DNA from: an uncultured Gemmatimonadaceae bacterium
GTDB lineage: Bacteria > Gemmatimonadota > Gemmatimonadetes > Gemmatimonadales > Gemmatimonadaceae
Direction: 5' to 3'
Assembly (NCBI GenBank): GCA_963761305.1
Contig: CAVXGK010000002.1
Span: 1,792,001-1,856,000 of the forward strand
Length of the DNA: 64,000 bases
The notes beneath the pieces are model-generated. The model did no database searches and was not told the origin of the DNA. It was given only the letters and a program-made list of their open reading frames with translations. Below, in pieces: positions 49,834 to 59,477 of this stretch (its first letter is position 1; the number at the start of each line of letters is the position of its first letter). A program made the position numbers and the translations under genes.

Positions 49834-50568
49834 ATGCAACTGACTTCAGTTTCGTGTCCCCATGAACTGCGCCCCGGCACGACGGTGTGTTTGCACTGTC
49901 GTTGGGAAGCGCGACGCGCGGTGCGCGCTCGCCGGCGCCGAGCGCTGTTGCGTGGAAGCACCGCGCTCGCGGTCGTCTCGACGCTTGGTACGGTGGGACT
50001 CGTGGGACGATTCGCGATGCAGGGCCGCTCGTTCGTGCCGCGACTTCGCGTCGCGGCGGCGGCGATAACCGACGCCGGCGGTGACGCGGCCGTGCCGAAG
50101 ACTGCGCCGGCTCCAACTTCTGCGCCGTCACAACAAGGTTCCGCGCTGGCGGCTGCGACAGTGAGCGCGGCGCCCGCCGCACCGGTCGCCACCGTGGTGG
50201 TTCCCGTGGCACCGGTCGTCCCGCAAGGCCAGACTCCGTTGGCGGACAGCCTGCTCGCGACGCGTGCGGACAGTGTCGTCACCGTCTGGTTCGACCGGAC
50301 CATGATCCGAACGCGGAATCCGGTGAAGTTCGAGCGCCTCGTGCGTTCGACGCTGCCCGCACTGTACGGTGCGGTCGCCGACTCGGCGCTCAAGCGCATC
50401 CCTGAAGGCGCGTTCGCTCAGCAGGGTGATCTGATCAACGAGTTGCCGACGCGCGGGTTACGCATCCCGCTGGCGCCCGGTTGGATGTTCGCGCTGTTCC
50501 CGATCACTCGGCCGGGACACGACGGACCGCTCGTCACCCAGTATCGGGTTTCGGTCATCCGCGGGTAG
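49834..50568 (+). CDS. Hypothetical bitopic membrane protein with N-terminal CxH...CxxC motif
   Basis: CPH...VCLHC, basic patch, TM, Ala/Pro linker, globular C-terminal domain. Confidence 0.75.
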   Translation: MQLTSVSCPHELRPGTTVCLHCRWEARRAVRARRRRALLRGSTALAVVSTLGTVGLVGRFAMQGRSFVPRLRVAAAAITDAGGDAAVPKTAPAPTSAPSQQGSALAAATVSAAPAAPVATVVVPVAPVVPQGQTPLADSLLATRADSVVTVWFDRTMIRTRNPVKFERLVRSTLPALYGAVADSALKRIPEGAFAQQGDLINELPTRGLRIPLAPGWMFALFPITRPGHDGPLVTQYRVSVIRG

Positions 50569-50597
50569 CGCCGCGCGGGTCCGCTCCAGCTCGATCC

Positions 50598-50626
50598 ACA
50601 GGCGCGCCAACTATCGGCGCGCCTGT
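50598..50626 (+). terminator. Hairpin, possible terminator
   Basis: ACAGGCGCGCC-aactatc-GGCGCGCCTGT, 11-bp stem. Confidence 0.5.
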
Positions 50627-50684
50627 TCCGTATCAGGCGTATGGTCAATCGACGCGCGCTGGTCATCCGTCGAAATTGGGACGA

Positions 50685-53189
50685 ATGATGGCCAGACCCT
50701 CATTGCGACCCCAGCAGCCGGGTAGCCAGGCACTCTCGCTACCACCGACGCATCGATTCCTGCCCGCGCTCTTGATTCTGTTCGTCGGCAGCGGATGCGC
50801 GGCCCTGATCTACGAAATCGTCTGGTTCCAGCTCATCGAGCTGGTAATCGGATCGTCTGCCGTGTCGCTTGGCGTGCTATTGGGCACGTTCATGGGCGGC
50901 ATGTGCCTGGGCAGCCTGTTGCTGCCGCGCTACGTCTCGCCGGAACAGCATCCGCTGCGAGTCTACGCGTTACTCGAGGCGTCGATCGGCGCGCTCGGAC
51001 TCATCGTGCTCGTCGTGGTCCCGCTGATGGGAAGCATCTATACGGCGACGTCCGCGCAAGGATTGCCCGGCATTCTGTGGCGTGGCGTGCTGTGCGCCGT
51101 GTGTCTTCTGCCGCCCACGCTCATGATGGGCGCGACCCTTCCCGCGATCGCACGCTGGGTCGAGGCAACTCCGACCGGCGTGTCGTGGTTGGGCTTCTTC
51201 TACGGCAGCAACATCGCCGGCGCCGTACTCGGATGCGTGCTGGCGGGCTTCTATCTGCTGCGCGTCTTCGACATGACCGTGACGACGGCCGTTGCCGCCG
51301 CCATCAACTTCGGCGTCGCCGGCGTCGGACTCGCACTGTCGCGACGGGCACCGCATCGGCCCGCGGTTCCGCGAGCCGTCACGGATCCGGAACGAAGCTC
51401 GGCTGGAACGACAGCGATCTACATCGCGATCGGATTGTCGGGGCTGTCGGCGCTCGGCGCCGAAGTCGTGTGGACGCGCCTGCTGTCGCTCATGCTCGGC
51501 GCCTCGGTCTATACGTTCTCGATCATTCTCGCGGTTTTTCTCGTCGCGCTGGGCACGGGGAGCAGCATCGGGTCGTTCCTCGCTCGGTCGGTGAGGCCGA
51601 GGACCGCGCTGGCGTGGTGTCAGTTGCTGCTGACGTTCGGCGTCGCGTGGGCGGCGTTCATGATCGCGCGGTCGCTTCCCTTCTGGCCGATCAATCCGTC
51701 GTTGTCGCCGAGCCCGTGGATCACGTTCCAGCTCGACGTGGTGCGGGCGGCGGTGGCGATCTTCCCGCCGGCCGCACTCTGGGGTGCGAGTTTCCCGCTC
51801 GCGCTTGCCGCGGTGGTGGGTCCGGGTGACGACGCTGGGCGTTTGGTGGGCCGCGTCTACGCGGCCAACACGGTTGGCGCGATCCTCGGCTCGGCGCTGT
51901 TCAGCGTGGTGGTCGTTCCCCAGTGGGGCACGCAGCGCGGCGAACAGTTGCTGATCGCGATCGCGCTGTCGTCGGCGCTGGTGGCGTTCGGAGCGGCGCG
52001 TCGCGCGCGCGCGTCCGAGGGGCAGCAGGAGCGCGACGCTCAACGCACGAGTCTGACGCGCCCGTGGGCCACTCTGCTCGCTGCGGCGGGCGCCGCGGCG
52101 GCGATCGCACTCGTCGTCGTGGTGCCGAAAGTTCCCGACGGACTCGTCGCCTACGGACGATTTCTTCCGACGTACACGACGCAGCCGAAGTACCTGTACG
52201 TCGGCGAGGGAATCAATTCGTCGATCGCGGTGTCGGAGGAAGCGACCGGCGTTCGCAACTTCCACGTCGCCGGCAAGGTCGAGGCGTCGAGCCTCCCGCA
52301 GGACATGCGGCTGCAACGAATGCTCGGCCATCTGTCGGCGGTGCTGACGACGACGCCGAAGTCGGTGCTGGTCGTCGGATTCGGCGCGGGCGTGACGGCG
52401 GGATCGTTCGTGACGCAGCCGGGCGTGCAGCGGATCGTGATCTGCGAGATCGAGCCGCTGATTCCCAAGGTCGTGTCGACGTACTTCACGCAACAGAACT
52501 ACGACGTCACGCAGGATCCGCGCGTGCAGATCGTGTACGACGACGCGCGGCACTACATCCTGACGACGAAGGAAAAGTTCGACGTGATCACGTCCGATCC
52601 GATCCATCCGTGGGTAAAAGGAGCGGCGACGCTCTACACGAAGGAATATTTCGATCTGGTGAAAGAGCATCTGAACCCGGGCGGCGTCGTCACGCAGTGG
52701 GTTCCGTTGTACGAGAGCTCGCCCGAGGTCGTGAAGAGCGAGCTGGCGACGTTCTTCGACGCGTTCCCCGACGGAACGATGTGGGGGAACGACATCAACG
52801 GCAGCGGCTACGACGTCGTGCTGGCAGGTCACGCCACGCCGCAGCCGATCGACGTGGATTCGGTCAACGCGAAACTCACACTACCCGAGTACGCTCGCGC
52901 GGCGCGCTCGCTCGCCGACGTCGGGTTCACGTCGGGGCTGTCGCTCCTCTCGACGTACGCGGGTCAGGCGCGCGATCTGGCCCCGTGGCTCGTCGGCGCT
53001 CAATTGAACCGCGATTCGAATTTACGGTTGCAGTATCTCGCGGGCTTCGGGCTCAACATGTACGAGAGCTCGACGATCTATTCCGAGATGCTGCGCTACA
53101 GAAAGTTTCCAGACAACCTGTTCGTTGGAACGGGAACGGCGCGCGATCAGCTGCGAACCATGCTCGAGGCGCCTCGCGAAGAGCCGTGA
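50685..53189 (+). CDS. Fused MFS-like membrane domain / spermidine-synthase-like SAM-dependent transferase
   Basis: SG..ALIYEIVW duplicated TM module, VLVVGFGAGVT, EIEP, DDARHY, DVITSDP.HPW, LNPGG..QW. Confidence 0.92.
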   Translation: MMARPSLRPQQPGSQALSLPPTHRFLPALLILFVGSGCAALIYEIVWFQLIELVIGSSAVSLGVLLGTFMGGMCLGSLLLPRYVSPEQHPLRVYALLEASIGALGLIVLVVVPLMGSIYTATSAQGLPGILWRGVLCAVCLLPPTLMMGATLPAIARWVEATPTGVSWLGFFYGSNIAGAVLGCVLAGFYLLRVFDMTVTTAVAAAINFGVAGVGLALSRRAPHRPAVPRAVTDPERSSAGTTAIYIAIGLSGLSALGAEVVWTRLLSLMLGASVYTFSIILAVFLVALGTGSSIGSFLARSVRPRTALAWCQLLLTFGVAWAAFMIARSLPFWPINPSLSPSPWITFQLDVVRAAVAIFPPAALWGASFPLALAAVVGPGDDAGRLVGRVYAANTVGAILGSALFSVVVVPQWGTQRGEQLLIAIALSSALVAFGAARRARASEGQQERDAQRTSLTRPWATLLAAAGAAAAIALVVVVPKVPDGLVAYGRFLPTYTTQPKYLYVGEGINSSIAVSEEATGVRNFHVAGKVEASSLPQDMRLQRMLGHLSAVLTTTPKSVLVVGFGAGVTAGSFVTQPGVQRIVICEIEPLIPKVVSTYFTQQNYDVTQDPRVQIVYDDARHYILTTKEKFDVITSDPIHPWVKGAATLYTKEYFDLVKEHLNPGGVVTQWVPLYESSPEVVKSELATFFDAFPDGTMWGNDINGSGYDVVLAGHATPQPIDVDSVNAKLTLPEYARAARSLADVGFTSGLSLLSTYAGQARDLAPWLVGAQLNRDSNLRLQYLAGFGLNMYESSTIYSEMLRYRKFPDNLFVGTGTARDQLRTMLEAPREEP

Positions 53190-54034
53190 ACGAAACCGCT
53201 GGTGGACCGGTGGACCGGTTGACCGCTGGACCAGAAAAGCAAACAGCGGGACCGGGTACGCTTGTCGCGATCACTCGCGAGCCGTCGCCGCGCATGGAAG
53301 CCGGCGAGCGCACGTACGTCGACGACGACCAGGCCATCGACGGCGCGCTCGCGTTGGCTCAGCACGAGCAGTATCAGACGGCGCTTCGCCGCTGCGGCGC
53401 GCGCATCGTCGCGCTTCCCGGGAGCCGGGATCTGCCCGACTGCGTGTTCGTCGAGGACACGGCCATCGTGGTCGACGAGGTCGCGGTGATGATGTCGATG
53501 GGCGCGTCGTCGCGGCGCGACGAAGTGCCGGTCGTCGAAGCGGCGCTCTCCGAGTTTCGGACCCTCACACGCGTGCGGCTGCCGGCGAAGATCGACGGCG
53601 GAGACGTGGTGCAGAGCGGTCATGACCTCTTCGTCGGGCTGTCGCAGCGCACCAACGCCGCCGGCGTGGACGCGTTGCGCGGAATTCTTGCGCCGTTCGG
53701 CTATTCGGTCACCGGCGTTCCGGTCTTGCGCTGCCTGCACCTGAAATCGGCGTGCAGCGCGCTCCCGGACGGCCGTCTGTTGGTGAATACGCACCTCATC
53801 GTCACGTCGCCGCTGAAGGGACGCGAGCTGATCCAGGTGCCGGAGGCCGAGCCGCTCGCCAGCGACGTGCTGGTGATCGGCGAGCGGATCATCGTCTCGG
53901 ACGCGTTCCCGGAGACGAGCGCGCTGCTCTCGTCGCTCGGCTGGGAGGTCGTACCGGTTTCGGTGAGCGAGTTCGCGAAAGCGGAAGGCGGCGTGACGTG
54001 TATGAGCCTCGTCTTCAACGCCGCGCTCGACTGA
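53186..54034 (+). CDS. Dimethylarginine dimethylaminohydrolase (amidinotransferase superfamily)
   Basis: PDCVFVEDTA, DGGDV, RTN, HLKS, EGGVTCMS; GTGA overlap with the upstream gene. Confidence 0.9.
   Translation: MNETAGGPVDRLTAGPEKQTAGPGTLVAITREPSPRMEAGERTYVDDDQAIDGALALAQHEQYQTALRRCGARIVALPGSRDLPDCVFVEDTAIVVDEVAVMMSMGASSRRDEVPVVEAALSEFRTLTRVRLPAKIDGGDVVQSGHDLFVGLSQRTNAAGVDALRGILAPFGYSVTGVPVLRCLHLKSACSALPDGRLLVNTHLIVTSPLKGRELIQVPEAEPLASDVLVIGERIIVSDAFPETSALLSSLGWEVVPVSVSEFAKAEGGVTCMSLVFNAALD
53199..53250 (+). repeat. GGTGGACC-family repeat, copy D (5' end of the DDAH ORF)
   Basis: ggtggaccggtggaccggttgaccgctggaccagaaaagcaaacagcg. Confidence 0.85.
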
Positions 54035-54038
54035 GTAG

Positions 54039-54080
54039 CGGTGGACCGGTGGACCGGTGGACCGATGGACGGGTGGACAG
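54039..54080 (+). repeat. GGTGGACC-family repeat, copy E (after the DDAH stop)
   Basis: cggtggaccggtggaccggtggaccgatggacgggtggacag. Confidence 0.88.
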
Positions 54081-54097
54081 GCGAAAAACGAATTCGG

Positions 54098-54358
54098 CTA
54101 CTTGCCTTTGCCCGGTTTTGGGCGCGTCCACTTCTCGGCGAACAGCGCGAGCATGATGCCGAACGGGACGTTCAACGCCGCCATCAACGCGGCGATGACG
54201 ACCGATAGGACGTCATACGGCCGTTCGGTCCGTACCAGATTGATGGCGAGCGCGGCGATCGCGGCGAACACGCCGAGGATGAAGCCCGTTCGGCCGGCCG
54301 CGTTCTGACGCGCCTTGATGGCCGGATCGTCTTCCGGCTTTCGTCGAGGAACGTCCAT
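54098..54358 (-). CDS. Small two-TM hypothetical protein
   Basis: MDVPRRKPEDDP..., two hydrophobic helices, basic tail. Confidence 0.7.
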   Translation of the reverse strand: MDVPRRKPEDDPAIKARQNAAGRTGFILGVFAAIAALAINLVRTERPYDVLSVVIAALMAALNVPFGIMLALFAEKWTRPKPGKGK

Positions 54359-54402
54359 CGATGGAAGATAACGCGGCCGGTTGGGGCGACATCGCGAACC
54401 GG

Positions 54403-54447
54403 AAAAGAAAGGGCGCACCCGCCGACGGACTTCGTCGACGGGTGCGC
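54403..54447 (-). terminator. Intrinsic terminator of the BNR-repeat gene
   Basis: Minus strand GCGCACCCGTCGACG-aagtc-CGTCGGCGGGTGCGC-CCTTTCTTTT. Confidence 0.8.
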
Positions 54448-54479
54448 ACAACCTCGAGAGCGGCCGTCAGGTCACGCGA

Positions 54480-57400
54480 TCAGCGCGCTTTGAACCACTT
54501 GTCTTCGAGAACTTCAAACGGCTTGGTGTAGGTGGTGCCATTCACGACGACCTTGGCCGTGTACGTGCCGGACTGAATCGCCGTCGCAGCGCCGCCGCGT
54601 CCGCCGCCCCCTCCACCCCCGCCGCCGCCACCGCCCGCGTTGCCGCAGCCAGGACCACCGGCGTCTTGGCCGAAGCCCGCGCCACCACCACCACCACCAC
54701 CACCACCGCCGCCGGCACCACGACCACCGAAGCCGCCGCCGAGCGCGGGAGCGATGAGCGTCCATTGCACGCGGTGCAGGCCGGCTGTTTTCGGCGCTTC
54801 CGTGGTGCACAGCGTTCTGCCCTGCGCGTCGACGACTGACACCTTCACGTCAGTCGCGTCGGATTTGAGGTAGTAGGCGATCGCCGTACCGCGCGGCGCG
54901 TTCTCGCCGACGAAGTTCTTCTGTCCGCCGATGTGCGGATTGTTGGTGAGATCGGTGATGTAGTCGATCGCCGGGCGCGGGTTGAAGACGTGCACGTCTT
55001 CGCCCATCACCGTCGAGCTCATGTCCTCGAGCGGCGTGATGTCATCGGCGATCCAGATGCTGCGGCCGTGCGTGGCGACGATGAGATCGCCGTCGCGCGG
55101 ATGAATCAGGATGTCATCGGTGCGCACCGTCGGGTAGTCGTTCATGAACTTCTCCCAATGCTTGCCGCCGTTGAGAGAGACGTAAAGTCCGAACTCGGTG
55201 CCGACGAACAACAGATCCTTGTTCTTCGGATCTTCGCGGATGACCTGCACGTTGCCGTAACTCGGCAGATCGCCGGTGACGTTGGTGAACGTGCGCCCGT
55301 AGTCGCGCGTGACGAAGACGTACGGATGCAGATCGTCGCTGCGGTGGCCGTCGATCGCGACGTACGCGGTGCCCGCGTCGAAATGCGACGCGTCGATGCG
55401 CGAGATCCAGAATGGATCGTCGCTCGTGAGCGCGCCGTGCGGCAGGCCGGTGATGTTGTGGCCCACTTCGGTGAACGTAAGGGCACCGTCACGGCTCACC
55501 TGCAGATTGCCGTCGTCGGTGCCGGCCCAGACGACGCCCGGCATCACCGGCGATTCGCTCACGGCGATGATCGTGCTGTAGGCCGAGAGACCGTCGTTCT
55601 TGGAGAGCTGGGACTTGTCGCCGGCGACGCCCATCACCGTCACCTTGCAGCGATCGACTTCCTTGGTGAGATCGGGGCTGGCGACCCACGACGTGCCGCG
55701 ATCGTACGACTTGAACAGCCGATTGCCGCCGAGGTAGATGATGTTCGGATTGTGCGGCGACAACTCGTACGGCGTGTTCCAGTTGAAGCGGTAGGTCTCG
55801 CCGCCCTCGGCGTTGATCACGTTCTTGCGGGCTGGGGCGCCGCCCCGGCCGCCGCCGCCACCGCCGCCACGTCCACCGCCCGGCGCGCGTCCGTCGACGC
55901 ACGACGCCGCGCTAGCGGCCGCGCCGCCGACGCCCGCCGACGACGCGGCAAGCGCTCGCGGACCGGCGTTCGGTTTGATGCTCATCGTCTGGCCCGTGTT
56001 CAAGTCGTAGCGCGACGTGTTGCCGTCCTGCGACTCGCAGAAGATGAAGTTCGGACTGTTGACGTTGACGCCCGTGTAGAACCCGTCGCCGCCGCAGATG
56101 CCGAACCAATCCATGTTCGTGATGCCGATGCGTCCGCGCTTGGAGCTCGGGCCGCCCCAACTGTTGTTGTCCTGAAGGCCGGTGTAGACGTTATAAGGAT
56201 GCTCATTGTCGGCCGTCACCACGTAGGCGAGCCCGGTGGCCATCGTGGCGACGAAATCCCAGGTGCGCCCCTGGTCGTAGCTGATGTCGAGGCCGCCGTC
56301 GTTGCCGATCATCAGATGCTTGCCGTTCCGCGGGTCGACCCAGATCGCGTGCTGGTCCACGTGCGCCGGTTCCTCGTTGCCGCCGGCGGCGTCGAGCGTG
56401 GCGAACGTCTTGCCGCCATCGAGCGACTTCGCGACGGGAAGTCCGGCGACGAAAATCGTGTTCGGGTTCTGCGGATCGACGCGGATCTGGCTGAAGTACA
56501 TCGGCCGCGAATCGCAGTTGCTGATGAACGCGAACGAGCGACCACGATTGTCGGAGCGGAACACGCCGCCGATCTTCGGGTCGGGCGCGGGAAGCGCCGG
56601 CGTCGTATCGCCCGGAACCGCGCCGCGTCCTCGGCCGCGGCCACCGGCGTTCACCGCCGTCGGCGCGCCGTTGTTGCAGTACGCGACGCTGGGATCGACA
56701 CCACGGCCGCCGCCTGCGCCACCTGCTCCGCCGGCCGGGGTCGCGGCTTCAGTCGCCGGACCGCCGCGACCGCGCAGCTCCGAGCCGCTTTCGCCGGCTT
56801 CGACCTGTGCGTACACGACGTTCGGGCTCGACGCGGCCACGGCGAGCGCGATGCGGCCGTACGTGCCGGGTGGAAGTCCGTTCGTCAGCTTCGTCCACGT
56901 CTTTCCGGCGTCGTCGGTCTTCCAGAGCGCGCTGCCGGGACCGCCGCCGTTGAAGCAGCAGCTCGTCCGACGCCGCTGGTAGCTCGACGCGTACAGGACG
57001 TTGCTGTTCGACGGGTCCATCGCGATGTCGTTGAACCCGGTGTTCTCGTCGATGTACTTGATTTTGTTCCACGTCTTGCCGCCGTCGGTCGTCTTGTAGA
57101 CTCCCCGCTCCGGGTTGGGCCCGAAGAGGTGGCCGGGCGACGCGACGTAGACGACTTCCGGATTGCGCGGATCGATCACGATGCGCCCGATCGACTGCGT
57201 CTCTCGCAGTCCGAGGTTGGTGAACGTCTTACCGCCATCCGTGGATTTGTAGATGCCGTCGCCGAACGACGACGTCTGCCGATTGTTCGGCTCACCCGTT
57301 CCGACATACACGATGTCGGGATTCGTCGGATGGATGGCGATGTCGCCGATCGACGCCGATCCGTACGTCTGAAAGACCGGCTTGAACGACACGCCGTTGT

Positions 57401-57656
57401 CTTCGGACTTGAAGACGCCGCCGACGGCGTATCCGATGTAGATGACGTTCGGATCGCTGAGCGAGACTTCGATGTCGTCGAGTCGTCCGCCCATGCTCGC
57501 CGGACCGATCGAGCGAAATTTGAAGCTCGAGAGCAGCGGATTCGCCGACGTGTTGAACGGTGCCTCACGATCTTGAGCGCCGCGTCCTTGTGCGGGCATC
57601 TGCGTGGCGACGAGCGACGCGGCGATCGGGAGGAGAAAACAGGAGCGCGCGCGCAT
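54480..57656 (-). CDS. Secreted BNR/Asp-box (VPS10/sortilin-like) beta-propeller protein, putative glycosyl hydrolase
   Basis: GGAGG RBS, signal peptide, RSIGPASMGGR, many S.DGG.TW Asp-boxes, ATHGRSIWI; Gly/Arg-rich inserts. Confidence 0.9.
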   Translation of the reverse strand: MRARSCFLLPIAASLVATQMPAQGRGAQDREAPFNTSANPLLSSFKFRSIGPASMGGRLDDIEVSLSDPNVIYIGYAVGGVFKSEDNGVSFKPVFQTYGSASIGDIAIHPTNPDIVYVGTGEPNNRQTSSFGDGIYKSTDGGKTFTNLGLRETQSIGRIVIDPRNPEVVYVASPGHLFGPNPERGVYKTTDGGKTWNKIKYIDENTGFNDIAMDPSNSNVLYASSYQRRRTSCCFNGGGPGSALWKTDDAGKTWTKLTNGLPPGTYGRIALAVAASSPNVVYAQVEAGESGSELRGRGGPATEAATPAGGAGGAGGGRGVDPSVAYCNNGAPTAVNAGGRGRGRGAVPGDTTPALPAPDPKIGGVFRSDNRGRSFAFISNCDSRPMYFSQIRVDPQNPNTIFVAGLPVAKSLDGGKTFATLDAAGGNEEPAHVDQHAIWVDPRNGKHLMIGNDGGLDISYDQGRTWDFVATMATGLAYVVTADNEHPYNVYTGLQDNNSWGGPSSKRGRIGITNMDWFGICGGDGFYTGVNVNSPNFIFCESQDGNTSRYDLNTGQTMSIKPNAGPRALAASSAGVGGAAASAASCVDGRAPGGGRGGGGGGGRGGAPARKNVINAEGGETYRFNWNTPYELSPHNPNIIYLGGNRLFKSYDRGTSWVASPDLTKEVDRCKVTVMGVAGDKSQLSKNDGLSAYSTIIAVSESPVMPGVVWAGTDDGNLQVSRDGALTFTEVGHNITGLPHGALTSDDPFWISRIDASHFDAGTAYVAIDGHRSDDLHPYVFVTRDYGRTFTNVTGDLPSYGNVQVIREDPKNKDLLFVGTEFGLYVSLNGGKHWEKFMNDYPTVRTDDILIHPRDGDLIVATHGRSIWIADDITPLEDMSSTVMGEDVHVFNPRPAIDYITDLTNNPHIGGQKNFVGENAPRGTAIAYYLKSDATDVKVSVVDAQGRTLCTTEAPKTAGLHRVQWTLIAPALGGGFGGRGAGGGGGGGGGGGAGFGQDAGGPGCGNAGGGGGGGGGGGGRGGAATAIQSGTYTAKVVVNGTTYTKPFEVLEDKWFKAR

Positions 57657-57735
57657 TGGCGGTTCCTCCATTCGTTGGGGTTTGCGCGCCTCGAAGATGC
57701 GACGCGAACCGCCCTCTGGCGAGGCTTTCCGGCGA

Positions 57736-58506
57736 CTACATTCGTCCAACGTTGTAGACGCCGCCCGCGTAGAGCGCATGCGGTTGCGGACCGGCGAGCG
57801 GCACGATCACGCCGGCGTCCACGGCGAGCCATTTCCGCACCAGAAACGTCGGTCCGCCGAGCAGCGCGACGATCGACGCTTGTCCGGCCGGCCCGGTCGT
57901 GGCGGGAAACCCGTAGCACTCGGCCGTCCACCCAAGCGACCCGGAGACCGGACCACCGAACGAGATCGTCCAGAGACTCGCGTTCCTCGGCGCGTTGGAT
58001 CCGTCGCCGCTCCGACGCGTGTAGCCGACGTTGATGTCCATCGAGACCGGGCCGAGCTCGTGGCTCGAGATGAGGAGGATCGAAGCGTCGGTCGTTCCGG
58101 TGCCGGTCCCCGCGGAGCCGGTCGGGAATTTCACGGCGGGAAGCAGCGCGAAATCGCCGACGACGGGCGCGTCGTCGAGAATCCGCCACTTGAGTCCCGC
58201 GGAGAGGTCCCCGAGGCCGGTAGCCGAGACGCCATGTACGACCGATCCGAACACGCTGAGCTGCATGTTGCCGGCGACGCCGAACTTGAAGACCGTGGGC
58301 GTGAACGCGGTCGTCACCGCGGGACTGAAGCGATCGTGCTCGACGCCAGTCTCGACCTCCAACCATCCCGGTGCGACCGTGCCCGCGTGCGTCGCCACGG
58401 TGGGGCGCTCTGGTTGAACGGCGTGAGGATCCTTCGCGTCCGTCGCATCCTGCGCGATGAGCGGAGACGCGACGGCGAGCGCACCGAGCACAAAGAGGCG
58501 CGCCAT
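57736..58506 (-). CDS. Outer-membrane transporter-like barrel (MetA-pathway/phenol degradation family-like)
   Basis: Signal peptide, PERP....A.TV..GWLEVETG, GLGD...GLKWR, P.VKFPTG; start 58506 or TTG 58551. Confidence 0.78.
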   Translation of the reverse strand: MARLFVLGALAVASPLIAQDATDAKDPHAVQPERPTVATHAGTVAPGWLEVETGVEHDRFSPAVTTAFTPTVFKFGVAGNMQLSVFGSVVHGVSATGLGDLSAGLKWRILDDAPVVGDFALLPAVKFPTGSAGTGTGTTDASILLISSHELGPVSMDINVGYTRRSGDGSNAPRNASLWTISFGGPVSGSLGWTAECYGFPATTGPAGQASIVALLGGPTFLVRKWLAVDAGVIVPLAGPQPHALYAGGVYNVGRM

Positions 58507-58547
58507 GAGGAACGGCGACAGCGAAAACGTCGCGCGACGCGCGACGC

Positions 58548-59357
58548 TCAACGACCCGCCGGGGCCGAGCCCCAGGCGATTCCTTTCGCCTCGAATGCCT
58601 CGACGTCTTCGTAGTAGTCGCGGACCATTCCACCCGAGCGCGGGCTCGTGTACACCTCGGCCACAGGATGCTCGATCACCTGCGCGAAGACGTCGGCGAC
58701 GTCCTCCACCGACTGCACGTACGGACCCGCGTAGACCTGAGTGCCCGGCGGCGAGTAGACGGCGTTCTTGCCGAACTCCGTCGCCACCATGCCCGGCATG
58801 ACGAGCGTGACGTGGACGTTCGGATGCGTCTGGCGGAGGTCCATGCGCAGGTTCGCGGTGAGCGCGTTGAGTCCGGCCTTGGCGGCGTTGTACGCCGCGC
58901 GGTGCGTGGCGAGCGGAACACGCGCGAGAAACGACGAGACGTTGATGATCTGCCCCGACGCATCGGGCCCGTTCGACATGAAGTAGCCGGCGGCGATCTG
59001 CATGCCGTGGAGCGCCGACTTGAGATTTACCGACATCATCTCGTCGACGTCGATGTCGGTGAGCTCGAGCACCGTGCGCGTCATGCCCTGGCCGGCGTTG
59101 TTGATCCAGACGTCGAAGCCGCCGAGGTTGTCGATCGCCGTCGTGGCCACGGACTGAAGATCGGTGCGGCTCGTCGCGTCGGCCACGACGGCGATGGCAC
59201 GGGCGCCGTTGTCATTGATCTCGTCGGCGAGGCGCTCGAGCTCCTTTTGGCGCCGAGCGGCCAGCACGAGTGTATGACCATCGGCGGCGAGTCGCCGCGC
59301 GATGCCCGCACCGATGCCGGCGCTCGCGCCGGTGATCACGATCGTCTTGTTTGGCAT
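58548..59357 (-). CDS. SDR family oxidoreductase
   Basis: TGASAGIG, NNAG, NVSS, YNAAK. Confidence 0.95.
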   Translation of the reverse strand: MPNKTIVITGASAGIGAGIARRLAADGHTLVLAARRQKELERLADEINDNGARAIAVVADATSRTDLQSVATTAIDNLGGFDVWINNAGQGMTRTVLELTDIDVDEMMSVNLKSALHGMQIAAGYFMSNGPDASGQIINVSSFLARVPLATHRAAYNAAKAGLNALTANLRMDLRQTHPNVHVTLVMPGMVATEFGKNAVYSPPGTQVYAGPYVQSVEDVADVFAQVIEHPVAEVYTSPRSGGMVRDYYEDVEAFEAKGIAWGSAPAGR

Positions 59358-59477
59358 TTGTCGGGATTCGTCAGATGGGGGCACGCTCGCGTGAACATAG
59401 CCATGCGGCCATCGACTTTCGACGGCGCACGCCCGAATTTATTCGAGTCAGGTTCGCACTCCATCAGAGGATTCGTC

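Noticed and set aside
43231..50568. Prophage or genomic island explanation for the ORFan-rich region
   Set aside because: No integrase, transposase, phage structural gene, tRNA target or flanking direct repeats were seen.
53198..53205. E. coli Chi sequence GCTGGTGG at the start of repeat copy D
   Set aside because: Expected by chance at this GC content, Chi is lineage-specific, and the other copies lack it.
54685..54712. (CCA)n/(CCG)n microsatellite
   Set aside because: It simply encodes a poly-Gly linker of the BNR protein.
54933..58034. Long antisense or alternative-frame ORFs (e.g. 1033 aa here, 859 aa at 30193, 822 aa at 34205, 826 aa at 59448, 704 aa at 48285)
   Set aside because: Shadow ORFs of real genes caused by high GC3. 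They are Arg/Ala-rich and have no recognisable motifs.
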